Assembly (NCBI GenBank): GCA_965261735.1
Contig: OZ253470.1
Location: 704,001-768,000 of the forward strand
Reading direction: 5' to 3'
Source: Alphaproteobacteria bacterium
GTDB lineage: Bacteria > Pseudomonadota > Alphaproteobacteria > SHVV01
Length of the DNA: 64,000 nucleotides
Shown here: positions 1-9,705 of the stretch, piece by piece
How the letters are laid out: every line of letters begins with the position of its first letter
Numbering within the stretch: the first letter of the stretch is position 1
The notes under the pieces: model-generated
Told to the model about the DNA's origin: nothing
Database searches by the model: none
Seen by the model: only the letters and a program-made list of their open reading frames with translations
Made by a program: the position numbers and the translations under genes

Positions 1-2
1 AA

Positions 3-1001
3 CAAATCACCTTCTTCGAGGTGACGACGGCGGCGGCGCTCCTCGCCTTCGCGCGCGAGCCGGCCGATTTCCTGCTGCTCGAAGTCGGGCTCGGTGGCCG
101 CTTCGATGCGACCAACATCGTCACGCCGCGGCTCGTCGCCATCACGCCCGTCGCTATCGACCACGTTCAGTTCCTGGGCCGCACCCTCGCAGCCATCGCG
201 AGCGAAAAGGCGGGAATCCTTAAGGCTGGCGTTCCCGCCGTGATCGGCCGCCAGCCGGCCGCGGCGATGCGCGCCATCGCGGCCCGGGCCGCGGACCTCG
301 GCGTCGCCCTTACCCGCCGCAGCGAGCGGCGGCGGGTAAGGGCGGGCGTCGACGACTGGAGCGCCTGGCCCGACGGCGAGGCGATGGTGGTCAGGACCGG
401 TCGGGCGCGCCTGCGCCTACCGCGCCCCGCGCTCCCCGGGCGCCACCAGATCGATAATGCGGGTCATGCCATCGCTTGCCTTGCCCACCTCGAAGAGTCC
501 GCGGTGGGGGCGTGGGCCACCGCTACGGGGCTGACCGACGTGGTATGGCCGGCGCGCATGCAACGGCTCGAGCGTGGGGCCCTCGCCGCGCTGCTGCCGC
601 CGGGGGCCGAGCTATGGCTCGACGGCGGCCACAACCCGGCCGCGGGTCGTGCGGTCGCCGCGGCTGTGCGCGAGCTAGCGGCGGCCGATCCCATGCCGCG
701 CCCGCTCCAACTCGTCATCGGGATGATGGCGACCAAGGATGCGCGCGGTTATCTACGGCCCTTGGCGGCGCTCGCGGATTCCGCCGTCACGGTCGCGATC
801 CCGGACCAGGCAGCGAGCTTGGATGCCACGCGGATGGCGGCGCTGGCGGTCAATTGCGGCCTCGCCGCGCGCCCCGCGGGCGGAGTCGGTGAGGCGCTTG
901 CCGCCATTGCCGGCGAGGCCGGCGTGGTGCCTCCGCGCGTGCTGGTGTGCGGCTCGCTCTACCTCGCGGGCGCGGTGCTCACGGCCAACGCGGCGCGCTG
1001 A
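3..1001 (+). CDS. folC: Bifunctional folylpolyglutamate synthase/dihydrofolate synthase, 5'-truncated by window edge
   Basis: Frame is open from base 3 (QITFFEVTT). Motifs EVGLGGRFDATN, EKAGILK, WPARMQ, LDGGHNP, CGSLYLAG. Confidence 0.95.
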   Translation, partial: QITFFEVTTAAALLAFAREPADFLLLEVGLGGRFDATNIVTPRLVAITPVAIDHVQFLGRTLAAIASEKAGILKAGVPAVIGRQPAAAMRAIAARAADLGVALTRRSERRRVRAGVDDWSAWPDGEAMVVRTGRARLRLPRPALPGRHQIDNAGHAIACLAHLEESAVGAWATATGLTDVVWPARMQRLERGALAALLPPGAELWLDGGHNPAAGRAVAAAVRELAAADPMPRPLQLVIGMMATKDARGYLRPLAALADSAVTVAIPDQAASLDATRMAALAVNCGLAARPAGGVGEALAAIAGEAGVVPPRVLVCGSLYLAGAVLTANAAR

Positions 1002-1014
1002 GGCGAGTGCGAGG

Positions 1015-1356
1015 CTAAGGGCGAGTGACCGCCGGCTGCAACGTGGATTCGATCCAATCGACGAGCTTGCCCTTGGGCAGCGCGCCTACCTTGGTCGAAG
1101 CGATCTCACCGTTCTTGAACAGCATCAGCGTCGGAATACCGCGCACCCCGAACTTGGTCGGCGTCACCGGATTGTCGTCGATGTTCAGCTTGGCGATGGT
1201 CAGGCGGCCGTCCATCTCGGCCGCGATCTCCTCCAGTGCCGGCGCGATCTGCTTGCACGGCTGACACCACTCCGCCCAGTAGTCGACGAGGACCGGCGTC
1301 GACGCGCCGACCACATCCTGCTCGAACGTTGAGTCGCTCACATGGGTGATGGCCAT
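1015..1356 (-). CDS. trxA: Thioredoxin
   Basis: [14 protein letters not shown] active site and [15 protein letters not shown]; usual position downstream of addA. Confidence 0.96.
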   Translation of the reverse strand: MAITHVSDSTFEQDVVGASTPVLVDYWAEWCQPCKQIAPALEEIAAEMDGRLTIAKLNIDDNPVTPTKFGVRGIPTLMLFKNGEIASTKVGALPKGKLVDWIESTLQPAVTRP

Positions 1357-1365
1357 AGGTCATTC

Positions 1366-2472
1366 CTTGCCTATCCGGTTAACGCCCATGACCGCTACAT
1401 GTAGGGTGCCACCACTCTCCCGAGTAAAGCTCGGCATAGGTTGGAGCAGAGGTGTCGCCCGCGATGCCGAGCAATGAGCGGAAGGCGTTGAACGGGTAGA
1501 ACCGCCTGTTGAAGCGGAAGGTGAACTCGTTGAGGTAGGCTTGTAGGTGCTGGTGGCTAACGCCGTGGTGGATACCGATCAGCCACGTCTTCAGGTTGGC
1601 GAAAACCAGATGGATGATCGGCAGGTATTGCTCGGCAACCTCTGGATCACCACACTCGGCAACAGCGAAGTGCTCATAGCCGCGCTTACCGAGGCCAGCA
1701 TAGCCGCTCCAATCGTCAGTAACGATCAGCGATCGCGGCGCGACGGTGCTCTCGACGAACCCACAGAGCGACTCGGCGCTACGGTCGAGCACGACGGCGA
1801 GCCGAACGCGTCCGGCATAGCGTCCGTCTTTCCGGTTGTCGAGCTTGGTGCCCGGCTTTCGATGACGCACCTCGATGGCACAGGAGACGGGAACCTTGTG
1901 GTGAACACCACGGCCTTCCCCACGCGTTCGCCCGCCAACCCAGGTTTCGTCCACCTCAACATGGTTCTTGGGCTGTCCACCGATCCTGTCTTGGTTGGGC
2001 CGCACCATGCCCGAGCGGAGCTTGTGGAGAATTTGAAAGGCCGTCTCGTAGCGCGAAAGACCAAGTTGCCGCTGAAACTGCACGGCGGACATGCCGGGCG
2101 TCTGACTGGCGACCAGATAAGCGGCCCAGAACCAGACGTTCAGCGGAGTGTGGCTACGCTCCATCACTGTTCCCACCGTCAGCCCGGTGTTCTGGCGGCA
2201 CTTGCGGTAGCGCAGGACGCCAGGGCGGTTTTCAAAGTGGAACGGCTCTCCCGCCGTGCCGCAGTGCGGGCAGGCAAAGCCGTCTCCCCAGCGGGCTTTC
2301 TCCAGGTAGGTGGCGCAGGCCGCATCATCGGGGAAAAGTCGCTGGAACTCGGGTAGCGAATGCGGGAATGGGAGATCGGCGCGGTCGAGAACATCCATGG
2401 CGCGCTCCCCTATATCCGGGTTGCGCCCATTCTAGCCCTAGTGGGTGTGGGTGTGTAAACCGGATAGGCAAG
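1366..2472 (-). mobile_element. IS1595-family insertion sequence (ISSod11-type ends), copy 1, 1107 bp
   Basis: 15-bp terminal IR CTTGCCTATCCGGTT at both ends; 8-bp direct repeat GGTCATTC at 1358-1365 and 2473-2480; near-identical to copies at 13673 and 24603. Confidence 0.93.
1379..2398 (-). CDS. IS1595-family transposase (Zn ribbon + DDE); third Zn-ribbon Cys changed to Tyr
   Basis: CPHC...(Y)RKC ribbon, [33 protein letters not shown]. Confidence 0.93.
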   Translation of the reverse strand: MDVLDRADLPFPHSLPEFQRLFPDDAACATYLEKARWGDGFACPHCGTAGEPFHFENRPGVLRYRKCRQNTGLTVGTVMERSHTPLNVWFWAAYLVASQTPGMSAVQFQRQLGLSRYETAFQILHKLRSGMVRPNQDRIGGQPKNHVEVDETWVGGRTRGEGRGVHHKVPVSCAIEVRHRKPGTKLDNRKDGRYAGRVRLAVVLDRSAESLCGFVESTVAPRSLIVTDDWSGYAGLGKRGYEHFAVAECGDPEVAEQYLPIIHLVFANLKTWLIGIHHGVSHQHLQAYLNEFTFRFNRRFYPFNAFRSLLGIAGDTSAPTYAELYSGEWWHPTCSGHGR

Positions 2473-2545
2473 GGTCATTCCTGTGTCTGACTTCGGCGGC
2501 GCGGCGCGCCGGCCTTGCGGGTCGGCTGGCAGATTGTTGCCTTAG

Positions 2546-2574
2546 ACATTAGGTGCGCACCTCCCGGTCGTCAA
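2546..2574 (-). promoter_or_regulatory. Putative native trxA promoter TTGACG-N17-TAATGT
   Basis: Read on the minus strand in the addA-IS gap; exact 17-bp spacer. Sigma70/RpoH-like; assignment is inferred. Confidence 0.5.
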
Positions 2575-2583
2575 GCCGAGGGC

Positions 2584-5500
2584 TTAGGGAGGTGCGATAT
2601 CGAGCATTGATTCCGGTAGCGGTATCAGTGCCGGACCCTCCGTCCAAATCAGGGCACACCGCATTGTTTTTCCCGGATAAATCTCTGACAGCGCCGCCCT
2701 GTAGGCGGACATCTGCGCCAGGTGGGAGGGTGCAACATCTCGTGCCGCTAGCGGAGCGCGACCGGTCTTGAAATCGACCAGGAACACCTCGTGCGCGGTC
2801 ACCGCGAGACGGTCGATTCGCCCCGAGATGGTGCGCTCGCCGACCTGGCCGGTGATCGCCACCTCGGCTCGCGAATGCGGCCCGAATAGGACCGAAAAAT
2901 CAGGATGGGCGAGAACGCCGAGGACCTCGGCGACGATCGCGGCCCGCGCCGGCGCACTCAGTTCGGGCGCGCGCTCGGCGAGAATACGGCGCGCGGCCGG
3001 GGCTCGCCCGTCACCGGGAAGCGAGGGCAGCGCCTGGAGCAGGGCGTGGACGAGGCGGCCGCGCCGGCGGCGCTCAGCCGTATCCTCGTCGGGCGAGGAG
3101 GGCGCGCCATCGATCTCTGGTCGCGAGGGCGCCAGCGGGCTTGCGGGAGCTGGCTCGCGCGCCGGTTCTCTCCCGGCCCACGCCGGCAACGGCGTCTCCG
3201 CCGGCGCCTCGACACCCGCGGGCTCGGCCTTGTCGGGCGCCGCCTCCTGGCGTGCCGCCAGCCTCAATCCGGGCCGGCCGTCGGCCAGCGTCACCCGCTC
3301 CGCCACGCCGGCGAGACCGCTCTCGATCAGGTTGTACCAGCAGCCGGGATCGAGCTTGGGCTGGGCCCGCCAGCCGCAGACGTAGAGTCGGTCCTCGGCC
3401 CGCGTCATCGCCACGTACAGGAGACGGCGGTATTCCTGGTCGCGGCGCCGGCGCGCCTCGTCGCGGGCGCGCCGCGAGACCGCGTCCTCCATGTCCCGTC
3501 GCGGCGGCCATAGCAGCGCGGCCTCGTGTTCGCCGAGCCACAGCAGGCGTTCGTCCGCGCCCGGGGTGCGGCACGTATCGGGCAGAAACACGATCGGCGC
3601 CTCCAGGCCCTTGGCCCCGTGCACCGTCATGACCCGGACCTCGTCGCGGCCCTGTTCCATGTCGCGCACGATCTCGGCCGGCTGGGCATCGAGCCAATGC
3701 AAAAAGCCCTGGAGCGAGGGTACGTGATCGCGCTCGAAGGCGAGTGCGAGCGCGAGGAACTCATCGATGGGATCGTTGACCTGCGCGCCGAGGCGAGCGT
3801 GCAGCTTGCGCCGCCCCTCGCCGGCGCCGAGAACCTCGGCGAAAAACTCGAACGGCGGCGTGTAGTCGGCGCGTGCCAGCAGGCCGGCCAGCCATTCGTG
3901 CGAGCGCCCGAAGAGCGTACGCTCGTCGGCGCGCGCCACGAGCGTGCGCCACAACGAGCGCTCGCGCCCATGGGCGAGGTCGAAAAGGGCGGCGTCATCG
4001 AAGCCGACGAGTGGCGATTTCAGCACCACCGCGAGGGTCAGGTCGTCGTCGGGCAGGAGAACGAAGCGGCCCAGGGCCATGAGGTCCATCACCGCGAGCT
4101 GCTCGGTCAGGATCATGCGATCGATTCCGGCAACGGTGACGTCGCGCGCCTTGAGCGCCCGCACCATGTCCTCGACGAAGCCCGAACGGCGCTGGACCAG
4201 GATCAGGATGTCGCCGGGGCGGATCGGCCGGCCCCGCGAGGGCAACCGCTCGCCGCTCTCGAGCCAGGCCACGATCCGGGTCGCGATGTCGCCCGCGAGC
4301 TCGGCCGAGGGGCTGTGGCTCGGTACCGCGGCGACGGGTGGCGACCAGGCCGCGGGCGCGGGCGCCGTCTTGCCGGTCGTCGCCGGCCACAGCTCGACCA
4401 GCCCGGCCTGACCCTCGCGCTCGGGCACGTGGTGCACGGCGCCACCGTCGAGTAGCACGCCGTCGCGGGCGGTCGCGCTGGCGAAGACACGGTCCACGCC
4501 CATTAGCACCGGTTGTGCCGACCGGAACGAGCGCTCCAACGCGACCGGCCGCCAGTCCTGCCCGGCCTCGCGGACGCGGCGCGCGAAGGTATCGCGCCAG
4601 CGCGCAAAGCCGGACGGGTCGGCGCCCTGGAAGCTAAAGATCGATTGTTTGGCATCGCCGACCGCGAAGACCGTGCGGCCACCGGCGCGTGCGCCGACAC
4701 CGGCAAAGAACTCGTCGGCCAGCGCGGCGATCACCTGCCACTGCTCCGGACTGGTGTCCTGGGCCTCGTCGATCAGGATGTGATCGAGGCCGCCGTCGAG
4801 CTTGTAGAGCACCCACGGGGCGAGCCCGTCGCCGCGCAGTAGGTCGCGCGCACGCAGGATCAGGTCGTCGTAGTCGAGCAGCGCGTGGCGCGCCTTGGCC
4901 GCGGCGTAGGCGCCGATCAGCGCCTCGCCCAGGGTGAGCAGGGCTTGGGTCGCGGCGTACACCTGCAGCCGCTTGAGGCGGTCGCGCACCCGGTCCAGGC
5001 GCTCGGCCTCGCGCGCCAGCACCGCGTCCGCGCCCGGCGCTAAGTCCAGAGCCACCTTGTGGATCAGGGACCGGAATCGATCGCCGGCCCCGTGGTCCTT
5101 GAAGAACGCGCCGAAATACTCATCGAGCCCCGCGCCTCTCGCCGCAGGCTCGGACAGCCAGTGTGCGATCGTGGCGCCGTGCGCGCGGTCCTGGGCGCCG
5201 CCTCGGCGCATCGCCTCGGCGGCCGCGGAGAGGCCACGCCCGTCGATGCTCGGGTCATGACAGGCCGCTCCGAGGGCCGAAGGGCGATCCTCATGGGGCG
5301 CGAGCCCAAGAGCGCCGCGCGTCGCCGCCGCCGGGCCGTCCGGCCCGCGCGCGCGGGCGCCGACCCACCGCAGTCGGCCTCGCGCCGAGGTGACATCGCC
5401 GATCAGCTCGGCGAATCTCTGCTCGCCGAGGTGCGAGGTAACTTCCGCGAGCGCGGCCGCGAGCTCAGGGTCGCCGCCCCTGCGGGCACGCGCCAGCACC

Positions 5501-5964
5501 TCATCGCGGGCGGCGCCGAGCAGCTCGGCCGTCGTGCGCTCGTCCATGACCGAGAAGTGGGGCGCCAGACCGGCTTCGAGCGGAAACCGCGCGAGCAGGG
5601 ATTCGCAGAACGCGTGGATCGTCTTCACCTTGAGCCCATCGGGCGCATCGAGGACGCGCGCGAACAACCGCCGCGCGCGCTCGATCTCGTCCGCTTCGGG
5701 CGCGCGGCCGCTCAGGCCGGTGAGCGCCGCGACCAGGCCGGCCTCGGGCAGGATCGCCCACTCGCCCAAGCGCTGATGCACGCGGTTGGCGATCTCGGCC
5801 GAGGCCGCCTTGGTGAAGGTGAGGCACAGGAGCCGGCCGACCGGCGCCCCCGCGAGCAACAGCCGCAAGACGCGGTCGGTGAGCACGAAGGTCTTGCCGG
5901 TGCCGGCCGAGGCCGCGACCCACGCCGAGGCGCGCGGATCGGACGCGTCGTGCTGGGCGGTCAT
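2584..5964 (-). CDS. addA: Double-strand break repair helicase/nuclease AddA
   Basis: ASAGTGKT Walker A, LIDEAQDT, VGDAKQSIFSFQGA, VMTVHGAKGLE, C-terminal GRIDRL..VDFKTG nuclease. Start at MTAQH overlaps the addB stop (ATGA); the ORF-track N-terminal extension is spurious. Confidence 0.96.
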   Translation of the reverse strand: MTAQHDASDPRASAWVAASAGTGKTFVLTDRVLRLLLAGAPVGRLLCLTFTKAASAEIANRVHQRLGEWAILPEAGLVAALTGLSGRAPEADEIERARRLFARVLDAPDGLKVKTIHAFCESLLARFPLEAGLAPHFSVMDERTTAELLGAARDEVLARARRGGDPELAAALAEVTSHLGEQRFAELIGDVTSARGRLRWVGARARGPDGPAAATRGALGLAPHEDRPSALGAACHDPSIDGRGLSAAAEAMRRGGAQDRAHGATIAHWLSEPAARGAGLDEYFGAFFKDHGAGDRFRSLIHKVALDLAPGADAVLAREAERLDRVRDRLKRLQVYAATQALLTLGEALIGAYAAAKARHALLDYDDLILRARDLLRGDGLAPWVLYKLDGGLDHILIDEAQDTSPEQWQVIAALADEFFAGVGARAGGRTVFAVGDAKQSIFSFQGADPSGFARWRDTFARRVREAGQDWRPVALERSFRSAQPVLMGVDRVFASATARDGVLLDGGAVHHVPEREGQAGLVELWPATTGKTAPAPAAWSPPVAAVPSHSPSAELAGDIATRIVAWLESGERLPSRGRPIRPGDILILVQRRSGFVEDMVRALKARDVTVAGIDRMILTEQLAVMDLMALGRFVLLPDDDLTLAVVLKSPLVGFDDAALFDLAHGRERSLWRTLVARADERTLFGRSHEWLAGLLARADYTPPFEFFAEVLGAGEGRRKLHARLGAQVNDPIDEFLALALAFERDHVPSLQGFLHWLDAQPAEIVRDMEQGRDEVRVMTVHGAKGLEAPIVFLPDTCRTPGADERLLWLGEHEAALLWPPRRDMEDAVSRRARDEARRRRDQEYRRLLYVAMTRAEDRLYVCGWRAQPKLDPGCWYNLIESGLAGVAERVTLADGRPGLRLAARQEAAPDKAEPAGVEAPAETPLPAWAGREPAREPAPASPLAPSRPEIDGAPSSPDEDTAERRRRGRLVHALLQALPSLPGDGRAPAARRILAERAPELSAPARAAIVAEVLGVLAHPDFSVLFGPHSRAEVAITGQVGERTISGRIDRLAVTAHEVFLVDFKTGRAPLAARDVAPSHLAQMSAYRAALSEIYPGKTMRCALIWTEGPALIPLPESMLDIAPP

Positions 5965-8900
5965 GAGTCTTCGGCGCCCGCGTCCGACCACTCGGCGACG
6001 CGGGCGAGATGGTGATAGTCGGGATAGGCGCGGGCGAAGCCGGGGCGCGGGTAGGCGAGATAGGGCGTGGCGGGATCGTCGAAGGCGGCGATGAGCGCTT
6101 CGAGGCCGGCGCGGGCCTCTTCTCCGAGGACCGTGGCGTCCTCTTTGATTTGCTTGATCTCGCCCGCCGGGTCGCCGCCGGCGAGGCGCCAAAAGCAGAG
6201 CGCCGCCACCGGCGCTGCGCCGAGACCGTCGAATCCGCCCGCGGCCGCGATGGCGGCCTCCAGGGGTAGTTGCGGCGCGACCCCGGCCCGCACGTCCTTT
6301 TGCGTCGGCAGCGCGCCGGTCTTGTAATCGATGAGCACGAGGCGACCATCGTCGCGAACGTCGATGCGATCGGCCCGCGCCGTGAGCTTGAAGGGCCCGG
6401 CCGGGGCGGCAACGACGAGCTCGCCCGTTAGCTCGCCGCCGAGCGGGCGGGCACCGCTCCGAAGGCCGGGTTCGGTGGCCACGAGCCAGCCGGCAATGCG
6501 CTCGAATCGCGGCCACCAGAAGGCCCACACGCCGGGAAAGGCGAGCACCGATTCGAACTCGTCCCGGCCGATGTCGAGAAGGCGCTGGAGCGCATCGGGC
6601 GGCCACGCGTCGATGGCCTCGTGAAGGAAGCGCTCGAGAACGCGGTGGATGAGCTTGCCGCGCTCGGCCGCGCCGGGGTCGGCCTCGAGCGGATCGAGGG
6701 GCCTCAGCCGCAGGATGTCGCGCGCGAAAACCGCGTAGGGATCGCGCATCAGCGTCTCGATCCGCGTCACCGACAGCTTGCGTGGGCGCGCCTCGATCGG
6801 CGGCGCGAAGCTGGGCGCGGGCGCCGGCGCGATACGGTCGGGGCGGTCAAGCCGGCCCTGCCAGCCGAGGCTCGCCGCCGGCTGGGGCCCCCAGGCGCGG
6901 CCCGCGCCCGCCAACGCCGTCCTCAGGCGCAACAGCCAGCGCGCAGGCACGGTCGGCGTCCCGTCGACCTTGGTGCTGCGGCACAGAACCACGCGCGGCG
7001 CCGCCGCCGCTTGGACGAAATCGTGCGCACTGAGGCCGATACGCCGCTCCGGCGGCGACAGCCCGAAGGCGGCGCGCATGGGCCGGCTGAGCCAAGGATC
7101 GCTGACCGGCTCGGGCGGCCAGGTACCCTCGTTGAGCCCGCCGAGGATGAGCAGGTCGGCCTGCTGTAGGCGCGCCTCCAATGGCCCCCAGATGTGAAGC
7201 CGGAGGTGGCGGCCGAAGCGCGGCCGCACGGCCCGTCCTTCGAGCAAGGACTCGAGCAATGCCAGATAGGAGGTGCCGGGCAGCGCCGGGGCATCGGACG
7301 CCGCCAGGCCCGCCTCCTCGAAAAACATTGCCGCCGCGAACCCGGCCTCGCCGGCCCACAAGCGCTCGGCCCCGCTCTCGTCTGCGGTCGCAGCGAGGTA
7401 TTCGGCGAAGGCCAGGTGGCGCGCCAACAGATCGCCGAGGCGAGCCCGCGGCGAGGCTATCGCCGCCGCGAAGGGCTCGAATGCGCGGGCGAGCGCGGCG
7501 AGCCGGTCGACGAGGCCGGACGGCACGCGCGCGCCGTCGTGTTGCATTGCCTGCGCCAGGGCGTGCGCCAGGCCCGCGAATCCGGCGGCCGGGCGCGGGC
7601 CGTGCAGGACCAGCGTCTCGAGCGCGCGGACCTGGGCCTTAAAACGCCCCGGCGCGAGGCCACCGGCCGCGAGTGGATGCTTCAGGCACGCGAGCAGGGC
7701 GACGGGCGCGACCTCCTCGACGGCAAGGGCCGCGGTGAGGCGGAGGAACGCGCCGGGCGGTGTCGCGACGAGCGGCTGACCCGCCGAATCGTCGACCTCG
7801 ATCCGCCACCGCCGGAGCTCGGCGCCGACCCGGCGGGCAAGAGCGCGATCGGGCGTCACCAGGGCGGCCGTCCGACCCGGCGCTTCCAGCGCCTCGCGCA
7901 TGAGTAGCGCGATCGTTCCCGCCTCCTCGTGCGGACCGGGGCAATCGATCCAGGTCAAGCCGTCGAGCGCGGAGGCCGGCGGTGGCGCCGAATCGAGCCA
8001 CGCCGGTGCCGTGGCCGCCGGTCCCAGTGCCCGGCCGAGGAGCGCGACGCGGCCCACGGGCGCGGCGACAGGTACGGCCGTCGGCCAGTCGGCAACCGCG
8101 TTACGGCTGGCGCCTATGCGCTCGAGGAGTTGCTTCATGCCGAACTGGGGATGGGTCGCATCGAGGGCGTCCCAGCTCTGCTCGTCCATGTCGCGGTCGA
8201 GGCCCGGCAGCAGGACCGCGCCCCGGGGCACGCGGGCGACGACATCGAGCAGCTCGGCGGTCGCCGGGATACTGCCCGTGGAGCCCGCCGCGATCACCGG
8301 GTCCTCGGGCGGCGCTGCACGCCAGCGCGCGGCGAGCGCGGCCCGCGCGCGGTCGCGCCGATCGGCGGGATCGAGGAAGCCGTGCTCGGCCAGGATGTCG
8401 GGCCAGTGGCGGGTGAGGATGCCGAGAAAATCCACCGTGATCTGCCAATGGGCGGCGTAGTCCTCGGGCACGAGATTCTCGAGGGCGTCGAAGCCGACGC
8501 GCTCGGTGTGGACCTGATCGAGAAAGCGGGCGAGCGCGGCGGCAAGCCGTGCCGCCTGGGCCACGTCCATCGCCGGCCGGCCACCCGCGCGCCGCTCGGC
8601 ATCGAACTTCAGGACGAGGCGGGTGAGCAGGAGCTGACGCCTGAGCGGTGGGATAGCCGGGGATAGGCCCGGCGCGCCGGCACCGGCGGCCGCCGGCTCT
8701 TCGGGCGCGGCGATGAACCCGTCCTCATCGTCGAGGTCACCGAGCGGGCGCATGGTCGGCAGGAGGAGCGGCGCACCGCGGCTCGCGCGCAGGAGCGCCT
8801 CGCCGAGGGCGCGGCAGGCGCGCCGCGTCGGCAGCAGCACGGTGACGCCACTGAGCCCTAGCGGCTCGGCGCGATAGCGCGCCCACAGGCTCGCCGCCAG

Positions 8901-8969
8901 CGCGTCGACGAACGGGGTGCCCGGAGGAAGCGTGTAGACGCGCGGTGGGGACGCTTCGGGCACGCGCAT
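5961..8969 (-). CDS. addB: Double-strand break repair protein AddB
   Basis: LLPTRRACRAL, AGSTGSIPATA, WGPLEARLQ, DPWLSRPMR, ARADRID..IDYKTG. Confidence 0.96.
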   Translation of the reverse strand: MRVPEASPPRVYTLPPGTPFVDALAASLWARYRAEPLGLSGVTVLLPTRRACRALGEALLRASRGAPLLLPTMRPLGDLDDEDGFIAAPEEPAAAGAGAPGLSPAIPPLRRQLLLTRLVLKFDAERRAGGRPAMDVAQAARLAAALARFLDQVHTERVGFDALENLVPEDYAAHWQITVDFLGILTRHWPDILAEHGFLDPADRRDRARAALAARWRAAPPEDPVIAAGSTGSIPATAELLDVVARVPRGAVLLPGLDRDMDEQSWDALDATHPQFGMKQLLERIGASRNAVADWPTAVPVAAPVGRVALLGRALGPAATAPAWLDSAPPPASALDGLTWIDCPGPHEEAGTIALLMREALEAPGRTAALVTPDRALARRVGAELRRWRIEVDDSAGQPLVATPPGAFLRLTAALAVEEVAPVALLACLKHPLAAGGLAPGRFKAQVRALETLVLHGPRPAAGFAGLAHALAQAMQHDGARVPSGLVDRLAALARAFEPFAAAIASPRARLGDLLARHLAFAEYLAATADESGAERLWAGEAGFAAAMFFEEAGLAASDAPALPGTSYLALLESLLEGRAVRPRFGRHLRLHIWGPLEARLQQADLLILGGLNEGTWPPEPVSDPWLSRPMRAAFGLSPPERRIGLSAHDFVQAAAAPRVVLCRSTKVDGTPTVPARWLLRLRTALAGAGRAWGPQPAASLGWQGRLDRPDRIAPAPAPSFAPPIEARPRKLSVTRIETLMRDPYAVFARDILRLRPLDPLEADPGAAERGKLIHRVLERFLHEAIDAWPPDALQRLLDIGRDEFESVLAFPGVWAFWWPRFERIAGWLVATEPGLRSGARPLGGELTGELVVAAPAGPFKLTARADRIDVRDDGRLVLIDYKTGALPTQKDVRAGVAPQLPLEAAIAAAGGFDGLGAAPVAALCFWRLAGGDPAGEIKQIKEDATVLGEEARAGLEALIAAFDDPATPYLAYPRPGFARAYPDYHHLARVAEWSDAGAEDS

Positions 8970-8975
8970 CTCGGC

Positions 8976-9695
8976 TCAGGGTGCCTTGAGCAGGGCCTCT
9001 GCCGTCGCGATCGCGGCCGGAGAGCCGACGTGAACCCAGGCGCCATCGTGGCGCAACCCGAACAGCCGCCCCACGGCGGTGGCCGCGTCGTGCACCCGGT
9101 TGAGCGAATAGGCGCCGGGCGGCTGATCGGCGAACAGCCTGGGGTGAAGGATCTGCAGGCCGGCGAAGACGAACGGCGCGACCTCGCGCTCGCGGCGCCG
9201 GCGCAGCTTGCCGTTGGCTTCCATGTGGTAGTCGCCGGGCCCGCCGTAGCCGTGGGCGGTCGTGGTCGGGTGCATCAACAGGAGGGCGTCCATCTCGTCG
9301 TCGTTCCAGCGGCGGGCCAGGCGCAGCAGCGTGTTGGCGGTACCGTCGAGCCAGAGGACGTCACTGTTGATGACAAAGAAGGGCGACGCGCCGAGCAACC
9401 CTAACGCGTGGGCGACGCCGCCGCCGGTTTCCAGGAGCTCATGGGTCTCGTCCGAATAGACGACGTTCGGGTGCTCCCGCCCGGCGAGGTGGGTGCGCAC
9501 GTCGTCGGCCAAGTAGTGGAGGTTGACGACGACCGAGGCGACACGGGCCTGGACCAGGCGGTCGAGAATGCGATCGATCATCGTCCTGCCACCGACCTCG
9601 ATCAGCGGTTTGGGCCGCTCCAGCGTCAGCGGCCGCAAGCGGAGGCCGAGGCCGGCGGCCAGGACCATGGCCGAGTCCGGGTGCGTTCCGCCCAT
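8976..9695 (-). CDS. murU: N-acetylmuramate alpha-1-phosphate uridylyltransferase-like nucleotidyltransferase
   Basis: MVLAAGLGLRLRPLT..PKPL and LLETGGG; follows the amgK-like kinase. Confidence 0.85.
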   Translation of the reverse strand: MGGTHPDSAMVLAAGLGLRLRPLTLERPKPLIEVGGRTMIDRILDRLVQARVASVVVNLHYLADDVRTHLAGREHPNVVYSDETHELLETGGGVAHALGLLGASPFFVINSDVLWLDGTANTLLRLARRWNDDEMDALLLMHPTTTAHGYGGPGDYHMEANGKLRRRREREVAPFVFAGLQILHPRLFADQPPGAYSLNRVHDAATAVGRLFGLRHDGAWVHVGSPAAIATAEALLKAP

Positions 9696-9705
9696 CACCG
9701 TCCGC

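Noticed and set aside
1547-2356. 269-aa antisense ORF present in all three IS1595 copies
   Set aside because: Conservation is trivial because the copies are nearly identical; no motif or RBS; a shadow of the transposase frame.
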